A stretch of 64,000 nt of DNA from Octopus sinensis (taxonomy: Eukaryota), in NCBI RefSeq assembly GCF_006345805.1, contig NC_042998.1:194866001-194930000 (forward strand), written 5' to 3'. The notes under the pieces are model-generated. The model was not told the DNA's origin, did not search any database, and saw only the letters and a list, made by a program, of their open reading frames with translations. How positions within the stretch are numbered: the stretch's first letter is position 1; the number at the start of each line of letters is the position of its first letter. Positions 1 to 13,600 of the stretch are shown one piece after another. A program made the translations under genes and the position numbers.

Positions 1-294
1 TTCTTACAAAAGAAAATTTAAGAAAATCAGGATTTTTGCTTTGCTTGCTTGTTAATTATCTATTCTTTAATCCAGTTATCCTCTAAATGAATGCATGTAT
101 TTCAGTTAGTGACCCATTATATCTCAACAGTTGGTGCATGTGCACTCGAATGGAAGAGGATTCCATTTATTGGATTATTATTTATTGTTTTTGGTATTTA
201 TTCAAATGTTGGTTTTAGTGCTAAAATTATTTCTCCCAAATAAAATATGGGATGTTCTTGGATGCAATCAGTTCTGCTTCTATTATAATGGAAA

Positions 295-507
295 GGCGGC
301 GAGCTGGCAGAAGTGTTAGCATGCTGAGCAAAATGCTTAGCGGTATTTCGTCTGTCTTTACGTTCTGAGTTCAAATTCCGCCGAGGTCGACTTTGCCTTT
401 CATCCTTTTGGGGTCCATAAATTAAGTACCAGTTGTGTACTGGGGTCAATCTAATCGACTGGCTCCCTCCCCAAAAATTTCGGGCCTTGTGCCTAGAGTA
501 GAAAAGA
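295..507 (+). mobile_element. tRNA-derived SINE, family 1 (ggcggcgagctggcagaa head)
   Basis: B-box gagttcaaattcc, core gcctttcatcctt...aaattaagtacc; flanking repeat attataatgg; many copies in the window. Confidence 0.85.
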
Positions 508-1537
508 TTATAATGGTTTTCCATTACTTATGGTTACTCCTTTTTCCTAAATTTTTATTTCTACATTTCTGTTTGGTTTATCCTAAACCTTGTTTATGTT
601 GTCTTGTGTTTTGTTCAGTTGCCTGGGAACGTCCAGTAGTTTAGCCAGCCACTCTAACCTTGTCTTCTTCATTTGGACTTTTTTCAACCAGACACATGTT
701 AGTCTGCACTTTTTATGTGTGTTTGGTGATAATGCATGATGCTTTCACTTCCATTTATTTTGGTTTCAATTAATACTGGCCTAAATTTAGCTTTCCCTAG
801 GAACAGCTGTTTCTAAATCAGTTTTCTTGCTTGTTGGGAGTTTAAATATACACATTTCCTGTTTATAATTTAGGGTATACAAGATATTGAACTACAGTAT
901 TTTGTTAGTATATTACCTCTGCCCTTTTTTTAATGTACAATTTATGCTTGTATCAATAATTTTGGTCTGACTACTGTACCATATCACTATGGATAGATAG
1001 AATATTCAGTATTAATAGGTTTAAATTCTCTAAAATGTTTAAAAAGCTGAATAAGAGAGTTTTCTTCAAATTTCTATATTACAAATAGTGTCTGTATAAT
1101 TTTGATATCTTACAAGAACATTTAGCATTTTCAAGAAATGCAGATACTTACACAGTAATATCTTTAATATTTGATTTAATTTAATCACTTTTGCTTAACT
1201 ACTAAAATACATTGCCAGATTGTTTTCAGCAGTTTTTATGAAGATCTACACTTCATAAAAAGTGGGGGAAAAAAAAAATTTAATAATCATAATGTTTGTG
1301 TTTTTCTTTTAAATTGAACCAACATGTTTATTTTCATTTAACATTAATCTTGATTAGACTGAATTATTTACAGTGCATTTGGTTTTCATGCTAATTTTAT
1401 TTTACTTTTTTATTTTTGTAACATTCTTAAATGAGAAAGTCAGTTTCTTGCTACTTCTACAGTTTATACATATAGTTCAAGGAGTTAGCCCTTTTTTTTT
1501 TTTACTTCGGTTAATATTAATTTTCACTCTACTTCAG

Positions 1538-1686
1538 GAACATCGAACTGAGATAGACGCCCGTGCTGGTACTTTCCAAGCATTTGAAATGCTTGGTCAG
1601 CAATTACTTCAAAATCAACATTATGCCAGCCCTGAAGTACAACAGAAGTTGGAAGATTTAGCTAAATCTCGTGAGGCATTAGAGCA
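1538..1686 (+). CDS. SPTAN1: alpha-spectrin exon (EHRTEIDAR...REALE)
   Basis: ttcag|GAACAT ... GAGCA|gtaagt; spectrin-repeat peptide. Confidence 0.93.
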
Positions 1687-4600
1687 GTAAGTGGAATTTG
1701 TCTTCCATAAAAATTTGATTTTAAGATTTCATCTGTTTTTCCTAATCATGAATTGGGAAGTTCTTATATTGTATTATTATATTAAGATGCAGTTCTTAAT
1801 GTTTGTCCCTTAACTGTTGGAAGAGTTAGTATCTCTTTATATGGTTGACTGGGATAGCAATGTGCCTTACTTACACTTATTGGCTATAGAAATCAAAATA
1901 TTGCCCTATTGAAATTAACACTATATAGCACCATGTGACCTCAAAGTAGGTGGTTTTAATCACTTGGGAATTGCCCAAATTCAGTATCTATATCAGTATA
2001 AAGCGTGAGGAAGTTAATAACTTTTTTCTTAGTATCTTTCAGAACAAACATGCTTTAGTCTGAAGAGCAAATGTTTTGTATTTTTAATTCTAAGAAATAA
2101 CAAGATTATTCTGTTCATTTCTCATATAAGGGACAACAGTTAACAATTAGATAATCTAATCATCTGTAATTATTTGTATTACACATAAGCCAGGTTAAAA
2201 AGGGCATTTAAATATATTCAAACTTGCCAAAATTTGTGGCAAGTTTAAAAGCTGCTGCTTGAAGGTAAATTATTTAAAGACGAAAGCAGAGACGTATCAA
2301 AAGATCAAAGTTGGATTAATGTAGGAAATAGTTGTGTAAGAAATATGAACGCACGTGGTCATATTCTTAACAAATTATTACAAGCCATAAATACCTGCAG
2401 TAACAACAGAACATAAGTGAATTGACGACAAGTCTTGCTGTGGAGAGATAAATTTTATTTATTTTACAACCGTGTCAACGTTAGGAGTTTGTAAGCGTTA
2501 ACACGTGTGTGCGTATGCAACACGTGTTTGTGTCTGTGTGTTCGTGTGTGTGACAGAACAATCAGAGTGAATGTGTTTGGTATAGAAGGGTACAGAACAT
2601 AGAATATATAATGGAATTTGGTTTACTGTTCGTGTGGCGAAGACGTTGGAAGCGACTCGAAGTTGGTACATGATGGTGGCGACGGCGAAGATAGTAGGCT
2701 TTCTGTGGTGAGTGTACATTAGCGTCGTCGCTAGTTGTAGCAGGAACAATCGTGTAGCGCTGTGGTCTGAAGTTAGTCCTTACAAGGACTGGAACCAAAG
2801 ACCAAAAGTGTCTGAAAACACTCCTTTATATACCAGTTGGGTGGCTCAAACGAGCCTCAGAAATGGAATCTTAACCAAAGGCCGTGATTGGTTGTTTCGG
2901 GACAGTGGCGCGAAAATAAGTGGAGACAAATCGCGTCACGTGTCAACAAATCAGGTTAGTGTTTACAACAGGAACAAGTTGGCCAAAGATGGCTGTAACC
3001 TCAAACGAGATCATTTCTGCCTTGCCTTTCAAATAGTGAAGATATTAGAAATCGCTATAATCATATTTCAAAATGGCTGAAACTGCCACGCTACAGTTGC
3101 AAGATATGGCATTGAGATAATATTGTAGGTAGTTATGACATCTGAACGAAGAATCTAGACCTTCGACCATCCACTTGTTTCCTGCATCTGGAGATTTATT
3201 CTAATAATTTACAAAATGTTTTCTATTTTTGAAAGTTCCTAATGTATGCTTGAAATCTTGTAGAGTTGAGATTTATGAAATACAGTCTAATCTTACCAAA
3301 TCTCTGTTTATTTCCTCTTTAAAGTGCTTGGATTGCTCGCCGCATGAAGTTAGATCAATGCCTTGAACTCCAATTGTTTTACCGTGACTGTGAACAAGCT
3401 GAAGCATGGATGGCTTCTCGTGAGGCTTTCCTTGCTGGTGATACAGTCGATGGGGACAATGTGGAGTCACTTATCAAGAAACATGAAGATTTCGATCGCG
3501 CTATTAACTCTCAGGTATCATTCTTTCATTGATGTTGTTTACCACTGTGGAGGCGCAATGGCCCAATGGTTAGGGCAGCGGACTCGCGGTCATAGGATTG
3601 CGGTTTCGATTCCCAGACCGGGCGTTGTGAGTGTTTATTGAGCGAAAACACCTAAAGCTCCACGAGGCTCCGGCAGGGGATGGTGGTGATCCCTGCTGTA
3701 CTCTTTCACCACAACTTTCTCTCACTCTTATTTCCTGTTTCTGTTGTACCTTTATTTCAAGGGGCCGGCCTTGTCACTCTCTGTGTCACGCTGAATATCC
3801 CCGAGAACTACGTTAAGGGTACATGTGTCTGTGGAGTGCTCAGCCACTTACACGTTAATTTCACGAGCAGGCTGTTCCGTTGATTTGAATCAACTGGAAC
3901 CCTCGTCGTCGTAACCGACGGAGTGCTTCCATTCATTGTTAACCACTAAAGTGCTTGATAGAAAATGATTTTTTAAAAAGGATATTTTCAATGTACATTA
4001 AACTATCTTTCTGACACATACTCTTTTTTTATTGATATATAGCAAGAGAAAATACAAACACTTGAGGCCTTTGCCCAACAACTCACTTCTGGTCAACATT
4101 ATGACAGTGATGCTATTACAGATAAGAGAGACCAAGTTCTGGACAGGTGAGATTGTTTTTTTATTTTTATTTTTTATTATTTTGCTTTTAGGGATTGGAT
4201 TAAAAAATTTAAACATCTCTATGTATTGTAAAGGTGGAAATTTGGTGCCCCCCAAGTTTCAGGAAAGATATTTCATTATATACAAGTTTTGTGTACAATG
4301 TTTCTAGATACAAATCATTAAAGTAGAATTTACTGTTTCAACTTCTGATAAAATATCAGTAATTTGGCCGATGCTGGTGGCACGTAAAATGCACCAATCC
4401 GATCGTGGCCGTACCCAGCCTCGCCTGGCACCTGTGCAGGTGGCACGTAAAAAGCACCCACTACACTCACGGAGTGGTTGGCGTCAGGAAGGGCATCCAG
4501 CTGTAGAAACACTGCCAGATCAGACTGGAGCCTGGTGCAGCCATCTGGCTTCCCAGATCCTCGGTCGAACCGTCCAACCCATGCTAGCATGGAGAACGGA

Positions 4601-7600
4601 CGTTAAACGATGATGATGTTGATGTACTAGACTTAGGTAAAATTACCACAATGTATTGTGTGTCTGCTTGTCCCCTACCGTCATTGCTTGACAACTGATG
4701 TTGATGTGCTTACGTCCCCGTAACTTAGCAGTTTGGCAAAAGAGACTGATAGAATAAGTACTAGGCTTCCAAAGAATAAGTCCTGGGGTTGATTTGTTCA
4801 ACTAAAGGTGGTGCTCCAGCATGGCTGCAGTCAAATGACTGAAACAAGTTAAAATGATAAAAGAATATCTATTTTAGACTGCATCTAGTGAACCTTGAGA
4901 TTAATTTGATTGTATTTTTAATTGTTTTTAAATTTTTACCATAACTACTGCTGATTTTCTGCCTACCATGAATTTATAAACTGGTAGATTAAATTAGAAC
5001 CTAGTCTTAGGAAAAAATCACTTTATATCACTTTATAGTAACAAGTGTTACAATTTCAAAGTTTACTCCGCTGACAGTTTTCTTGTTTTGCTCATCATTA
5101 TTGTCTTATATCTGCATTCCATGTTGTTAGGGGTTGGCTGGATTGCCACATTCCAAGTTAGTTCTTATTTGCAGTTACTACCCTCCTAGGTGTGGTTGGA
5201 GTATATATCTTCCTAGCATGTTTTCTTTTGGCATGGTTTGTACTTAGACATCCTTCCTAGCACTAACCATTTTACAAAGTGTACTGGGTGCATTTTATAG
5301 TAATACCAGCACTCTTGACAAGATTATAGACTATTGGGTGTATTTTATTGTGACACCAGCATTAATAAGGTTACATTTTACCTTGTAAGACAAAAGGAGT
5401 TCCTCTCTGCTTTATATTGTCTCTGTTTGTTTAGGACAGTATGACTAATAGAGAACTTAAAAGAGAGAACAACGGCTAGAATATTGTCTAGCATGAAGAG
5501 GGAACAGATAGATTAGGACGGTAGAGTGGAAGAGGAGAAATGGGTGACGTAACTAGCGAAGTATTAATGACATAGAGTGAATGGAGAGATTAAAGACAGC
5601 TATATGTTTGCAGCTGCTAGAATGATTGATGGATAGTTGTAGAAATGGTTAATGTTAGGAATAGATGAGGTATATCAGTAATAGGTGATTTAAGGAGAGG
5701 AAATAGTGGTTAGCATATAGAAAGGGGGGTAATGTTAGCTGGTGATGAGCATGGGTAGCGGAATTTTGAGATGATGGTGGTAAGAGTGAAGGCTGTGAAG
5801 TGATAGTAGGCAAATGGGGTTTGCACCAGATATCAATAGATTTGATGCAAACACTTGATATTCAAGTAACATGATGAGACACCCTGTTGGCATCTTCATG
5901 TTTGATGTTAAAAGAGATGGTTCAACTGGTTTATGGGGCAAGCAGAAGAGCAGATAGAGATTTGGGCCAGGAGCTTGGATATAGATATATATCCCAGCCT
6001 CTCCTATCCATTTAATCTGTGTTTTACTCTGCCTGCTTGGGTAAACAGGTTTTTAACATCATGTGTTGCCAATCATGATGATCCTTTATTGTTTCCTTTG
6101 TGTGATACAACATCAATAATCACCATTTTGTTCTGAGTCTTCTTTTTCTGCTGCTTCCACAGGTTTAATTTACTTTGAGCACTTATCACATGCTTGTACC
6201 AGTAACAATTGTGATATACTATATCTGATTCCTTTTGCATGCAGCTTTTGTCTCTTGCTCATTTGTGCTCTATTGCAACAAAGATGAATAAATTCATACA
6301 TTAACATAGATAGTTTGTAATTATTTCATTTCAAAAGGCTGTCATAAGCATTGTCAGCATCTACTATACAGATGAGTTTAAGTCTGTGGGAGCTTTTGTT
6401 TGTCATTGACTTAGTTCTCTTAGCTGAATTAGTCAAAGATTTAGAGAGAAAATTAACTTGGAAACAAAAACTAGAATCAAGAGGCCTCAAAGTAAACTTA
6501 GCTAAACTAAGGTTTTAGTTTGTAAGGCAGAAGAGAGAATCCCACTGTCCCCAGTAAATGTTCATACTTGATGCAGAAAGGGAGCAGGTAAGAATTCCTT
6601 GGTGAAGCACAATCTTCGAACATTAGGCCTCACTGAAGCAATGACTAGTGACCAAGACCTTTGGAAATATGCAGTGCATGAGAAGACCTGGCAAGCCAAG
6701 TGAGGCCATAACCCGTGGCCTATGCCAGAGGTGTAACCAGTCCACTTATGTGTACCTTTCCTTCATTGAACACTAAACTCTGCTTGCGAAGACCTGTTGA
6801 GGCAAATGAAATTGAAATCAAATCAAATTTGCAAATTCAATGACAGGCACCCGTGCCAGTGGAGTGCTAAGAGCACCATCTGAGTGTGATTGCTGCCAGA
6901 GCAGCTGACTGGCTTCTGTGCCGGTGGCACGTAAAAAGCACCATTCAAACATGATCGTTACCAACGTCGCCTTACTGGCACGTGAAAAACATTGAAGTGA
7001 GGTCGTTGCCAGTGCTGCTGGACTGGCTCCTGTGCAGGTGGCACATAAAAAACACCACTTGAGTGTGGCCGTTGCCAGTACTGCCTGACCGGCTCTCATG
7101 CCAGTGGCACGTAAAAGCACCCACTACACTCTTGGAGTGGGTGATGTTAGGAAGGGCATCAAGCTGTAGAAACTCTGCCAGATCAGATTGGAGCCTGGTG
7201 CAGCCATCTGGTTCGACAGTCCTCAGTCAAATCGTCCAACCCATGCTAGCATGGAAAGCGGATGTTAAACGATGATGATGATGATATTCTGATGGCTCCC
7301 AAGAAGTAGTTGGTAGTTTTTGTTGTCTAGCTAATCTAATTTGCAGTGGAAGTATTTTCAAATGAGAACTGATTTGAACTGTGATAACCTATCCAATCCA
7401 TGTCAGCATGAAAGAAAGGATTTAAAATTGATATGGATATTGCCAATCAAAAATATAGGTTATGCATGCAGAGATATATTATGACTGTATGGTTCTGGAT
7501 TTCAGTCTCAATGCAGCAAGTGACTTCTAATGTAGATTTTAGTTGAACAGTCCCTTGAAAGAGGAATTGATAAATGGAAACTGGGAAGCCCTGTGTGTGT

Positions 7601-10600
7601 GTGTGTGCTTGCACATGCACACTGTCTGAAAGGTCCTACAAGAATTTGTTGTGTGATAGCCAATTTGATATTAGGTTTGTCAAAATGTTTCTCCATTTCA
7701 GAAGGCTGTTTTTCTTTTTTTTTTTCACAAACTATTTTTCTTTTTATGTAGATGGGCTAAATTGAAAGAAGCTCTCATTGAAAACCGTTCCAAACTTGGT
7801 GAAGCACAGTCCCTCCAACAATTCTCACGTGATGCTGATGAAATGGAGAACTGGCTTCAAGAGAAGATCCAGATTGCATGTGATGAATCTTACCGAGACC
7901 CATCTAACATTCAGGTAAGGTATTAAATATTCTGTCATCCTGTACATTAACTAGGCTGTATCTTTTTTTATTTTATTTATTTGCTTATTTTGCTCAATAT
8001 AATTATTTCATTCTCTGTTGATAGTGAAATCGTGGATATTTTTCTGTTTAGAACGTAACTGGTGTCAGAGATGGTGTTTAGTTGTTAATTAGTGGCAAAA
8101 AAAAAATCGTCATTGTTTTAATGTCCACTTTTCTATGCTGGGTTGGATGGAGTGTTGTTGAGCCAGACTTTCTACCTTTCCTGTTGCCAATCCTTACCTG
8201 TTTCCAGGCAAGGTTCCTCATGGCTAGACATGTTCTTGCAGAATATTGGAAATGAAGAACACTGTTTGTGTAACAATAATAATCATTTTACAATTCTCAC
8301 ATGATGTCAAGACAAATAGACAAGTATACATACACTATATGCATATACACATATATACATCGAGCTTCTTTCAGTTTCCATCTATCATATTTATTTACAA
8401 GCCTTTTTTTGATCTGAGGCTATAGTAAAAGACATTTGCTCAAGGTGTCGCACTGTGGAACTGAACTTACAACTGTGTGGTTGGGAAGCATACTTAACCA
8501 CAAAACAGCACAGCTCCCATGACTTTAGGAAACATCTTTTCACGCTGAGAGTTGCTGAAGCATGGAACAAACTGCCGGCATCAGTTGTTAGTTGTCGGAG
8601 CACTGTATCCTTCAAAACTTCCATGCTTTCTGAAATTCGCCAACGCTACTCCTGATTTTCTCCCCTCCATACACATGCAAGCATGTATCTGACTCATGCA
8701 TTGTTCGCTTTCCAGACATTTGTACATTACTGCATATACTCTATATGCACTCTCTTAGTTTATTCATGCTCTTTTATACAATAAAGCATAATGATTTTAC
8801 TTTTTAAGCTTAATCTCTTAATCTCATGTCTTGGATACTTAGAACATATTTACAAAGTCAGAAAACAGCACAGCTCCCATGATTTTCGGAAAGATTTTTT
8901 CACGCTGAGAGTTGCTGAAGCATGGAACAAACTGCCGGCATCAGTTGTCGGAGCACTGCATCCTTCAAAGCTTCCATGCTTTCTGAAATTCGCCAACGCT
9001 ACACCTGATTTTCTCCCCTCCATACACATGCAAGCATGTATCTGACTCATGCATTGTTCGCTTTCCAGACATTTGTACATTACTGCATATGCTTTATATG
9101 CACTTTTTGACAAGTTGTGGTGCACCTGAGCACTGTATACAATAATTTCATTATTATTAAAAGAGATTCCTTATCTAAGAGAATTGATTAATAAGAATGT
9201 GAAACTGATTTAGCTTTAGTTTGAACTGAAAATTTTTCAAAAAATTTGTTCATGTAACATTTGCTGAAAACCTGAAGTTGAAAGATTGACTGGAAATTAG
9301 TCTCTAAATTCTATTTCTTACTGAATGAATCTGTCTGAGAACATGTACACATTGAATGTTCTGTTGGCTCTCACTTGCTCTCTGCTTAATCATTTGTCAC
9401 AAATGTTGCAGTGAATTGTCATTTTCATTGCTGTTCTCTGGTTGCTTTTGTTTTCTACTTTCTCTTCTCTTTCTATCTATCTGTCTTTCTTTTCAGTTCT
9501 TTGTCTTGTTATTCTATTTAATCTGATCCTTTCCGTGAAAATTATTTCATGAGGTGTTTCTTTCCATCTGACCATTGCAGGAGTTGAATGTGGAGAGAAA
9601 CAGCTGGGTACAGGAGGTACAAGTTGACCTGACCTCTGGGTTCTCTCCCCTTCTTCATTTTCATACCCGTCCCTTTCCTTTCTCTTCTCCTGCTTGTTTC
9701 TCTCGTTCTTTCCAACCTCATTTCCATTAATGTGAATGTTTGCAGTGCTGTTGCTTCCATGTTTTAACTGTCCCAATTCTTACAGAAATGTTTATGGCAA
9801 GCCATTTGTCTTGGTTCTGAGTCTACAGAACCTTACTGTATATGCTTTATCTATGTTACTATCATAGCTAAACTACTAATAAACAACTTCAGAGCTCTTG
9901 GAATTGTACCCGATTGGCAAGTGACTCGAATGGTTAAAAACGAATTCCCCACAATATAACTAAAAGATCATCCCAACTCTATTGATGATGTTTAGCTACT
10001 TAGCTACTCTTACAACTGAATTATTTTCACCTCTTAAACCCTATGTAATGTGTGTGTCACATTCAAAATATGAGCTGTTGCAACTATTGTATTATTCAAC
10101 TTGACTCTTTTACTGGTTCCCCTCATTGAACTGATCCCTACTGGAGCAGAATAAGTTAATTTTGCCTTGTTTTAAGCATTAAAGCTTATCAGACGTGTCA
10201 GTTATGAAACAACATCGCCTCCTCATCTTTTATCATTATAGTTCCTCAGTGACAGCATCTTTTTTATCTTGACTAGTAGAGACAGAAAACCTTTCAAATT
10301 AACCTTTTCAGTTTTACTTAATACAGAATTCATATCTTTTGCTTTCCTCTCTCTCTCTCCGACTGCATGAGCCTGCTCCCTTCTTTATATGAAACATTGC
10401 GATCTCTCAGGGATTTCATTTAATGTTAAATTTGAATCAACTAACCAAATTGTATTTTGTCCGTTTGTGTGCATTGCATTTGAAGTGATAGAATTAATGT
10501 TTTACCAATATTGACAGCAAAAAGGATAATAAAAAAAATTATTAGTCCACAATTAACTCCTTGATTATTTCTACAACAAACTGATTGCCATCATTGATGA

Positions 10601-13600
10601 TAAAACTTGGTTTTCCGTTGTAGAAAACTGCATCTTTTGAATATACAGAGAGCATTTGAATGCTTTTTTAGTTAAGTCTCATTAACTCTAACTTTACTAC
10701 CAGATTTTATTAGTCTATACGTATGCTAAATATTCTTGAAGCTGCCATAAATAAAGTCCTCATGCAAGGTTGATGAAGCAAGCTTCATTAGAGAAGTAGC
10801 AATATTCTAAAAATTTGATGGAAAAAACACTTCCTATCTTTTTTCTTTTCAATCCTATACTTTTGAAAAGAATTTGAGTTATTGGGTCTAATTTAATCAT
10901 AATTAATATATAGTATTTAGAAGGAATTTCATTCTAAAATATCTAACAGAACTTGGTCACCTGTATTTAAACCTGGTTTCTTGTATTAGTCAATGCATTG
11001 ACAGATAACAATCAACTGGCATTGCATTTCAGTTTCTGTTTATTGCTCTTGTTGTGTGCATCTTGTAAATTTTCATACCTTATATTATTTCTTAAAATGC
11101 CATTAATTATGGATTTTATATTAAATGCCTTCTACTTTCCTCTTTAATATCAATTACTGTTAAATAGCTGTTTTTTGTATGAGACTAAGAAAAAGTCATT
11201 TTTGTTCATTATGGATGACACATTGCATAATCCACATTGGATAATCCACATACTTTTGTAGCTGAAGGAGTGGAAATTACCATTGATTCTTGATGTAGTT
11301 GAAAAGATATTAGAAAACACTGAATAAAGCTATTTTCTTCAAATGTTTTGAAGTTTCATTTCTAAGTAGTTAATACAGAATGATTGTTGAGACTTTAATC
11401 TCTAATATATATATTTATAATAATTCAGTTATTGTTGTTCTAAGCTGTTGACTCTAAACTTTGCCACTGATGTTGCTTTCTGTTTTTGTCTGCCCTTAAT
11501 CTAAATGAAGCTCCATTGTGGAGTATTTTATAACAAAGAATACCTTGTAAATTCAGGTATTCAAAACAATTTATGCAAACAGCTAAGTTTTCAAACGTAT
11601 CCTCTAATGCTAACAAGAATGAATGAAGGTGTGTAAAATATAGCCTAAAGATATTGTTGGCTGTAATTTTAGAGAACTGTATATGACACGAATTTGATAT
11701 ATTTATTCTTCTCAGAGCAAACATCAGAAACATCAAGCTTTTGAAGCTGAACTGGCTGCCAATGCTGACCGATTACAGGCCTTATTATCAACAGGTAACA
11801 GTAAGTGTCCAGGAATTCAATGGGTAATTCCTGGTGTTTCTATTTCTTTGAGAAAATGTGTGTATGATGATGAAGTAAATTTGCATTGTGATTGGAACTT
11901 GTTAATCCTCTTTATTTTCTTGTTAGTTAATCCTCTTTATTTTTGGATTAACTGAGCATTCTGTTTGCTTAGTGTGTTTATCTATGTGGAATACAAATGT
12001 ATTCTCAAAATTGACACCATAGAAACTGTTATGCACATTACATTGACAATAACTGTTGATTTTCTGCCTGGGGTCATATAACTACGCGTATGATCTTGTT
12101 CTTCATGTAGACTTGATTGATCGTTCCCAATGTGCTGGTTCAGAAGATGCAGTACAAGCCCGACTTGAAAGTCTCTCACATCAGTGGGAGTCTCTTGTTA
12201 CAAAATCAACTGAGAAAAGCGAAAAACTGAAGGAAGCCAACAAGCAACAGTCTTACAATGCCGGCGTTAAGGATATTGATTTCTGGTTGGGTGAGGTACG
12301 ACTATCATTTCTTTCTCCAAACAAATAGTTTATCATCAGTGGAGGCGCAATGGCCCAGTGGTTAGGGCAGCGGACTCGCAGTCGTAGGATTGCGGTTTCG
12401 ATTCCCAGACTGGGCGTTGTGAGTGTTTATTGAGCGAAAACACCTAAAAAGCTCCACGAGGCTCTGGCAGGGGATGGTGGTGATCCCTGCTGTACTCTTT
12501 CACCACAACTTTCTCTCACTCTTACTTCCTGTTTCTGTTGTACCTGTATTTCAAAGGGCCGGCCTTGTCACTTTCTGTGTCACGCTGAATATCCCCGAGA
12601 ACTACGTTAAGGGTACATGTGTCTGTGGAGTGCTCAGCCACGTTAATTTCACGAGCAGGCTGTTCTGTTGATTCGGATCAACCGGAACCCTCGTCGTCGT
12701 AACCGACGGAGTGCTTCCATCCAGTTTATCATCAACATTTCTCATATTCTTTCTAGACTTCGTTTTCTCTGTTGTTTGGGACACTGTTTGTCAACTTTTG
12801 CTATATTCCATAGGTGGAACAAATGTTGGCGTCTGAAGACTATGGCAAAGATTTGGCTTCTATCCAGAATCTGCTTAAGAAACATCAACTTCTTGAAGCT
12901 GATGTTGGTGCTCATGAGGTAAGTAATGCATTTTCATATGAACTAGAATATTATCTATTACAAACTTGCATAATTTCCTCAAATGTCCAGATTATTTTCT
13001 AAAGGATACACATCTGTCTATTATATAATACTAGCAGAATTGCCCGGCGATGCTCGGGGCTGAATTGCTTGAAAGTAGTGTTAATGATTGCACTGAATTA
13101 TGATGATTATTCAGGCAAATATTGATATAAATTTACGGTGGGAGATAAGGACTTAACGATCGAACGTGTGCCATTGCATTGTTTTGGGGGAACCAAATTT
13201 CTAATGAGCATTATAGGGGCACCAACTTTAAGTTTGAGAATGTGTGGTGGTAGTCCGGGGGGCTCAAAGGAATTGAGTACCTCTATTGGATAGTTGATGA
13301 CGTCCTCTGGGTCAGGAGTTGTATCGATAGACTTATATATACATAGACATCCCCAGGAATGATTTTTAGCATTTCATCATTAATATGGTGAACAGTTTTA
13401 TTCCTCGGGGCCAGAATAGCCCTTTGGTCAATCCAATCCATATTCTGATAATTAACTTGTAGATCTGGGAACACTGCATCTCTGAGATCAGAAGGCGTTT
13501 TAACAATGGTACAAATGGAATCGATGGCAATATTACCATTTTCATCCCCTGGTATTTTGCCTTCGCCAAGTTGAGAGTTAAAAAGGTCGAGTTGCGTCCC

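Noticed and set aside
3552-3625. tRNA-Arg(TCG)-like cloverleaf, also at 12343, ~39700 and 51490
   Set aside because: Continues into a shared SINE body with TSDs; SINE head rather than a tRNA gene
11511-11522. Possible 12-nt microexon (LHCG) after a UGC-rich tract
   Set aside because: Purine-rich acceptor (tgaag) and poor donor (GA|gtattt), no homology support; worth only a junction lookup
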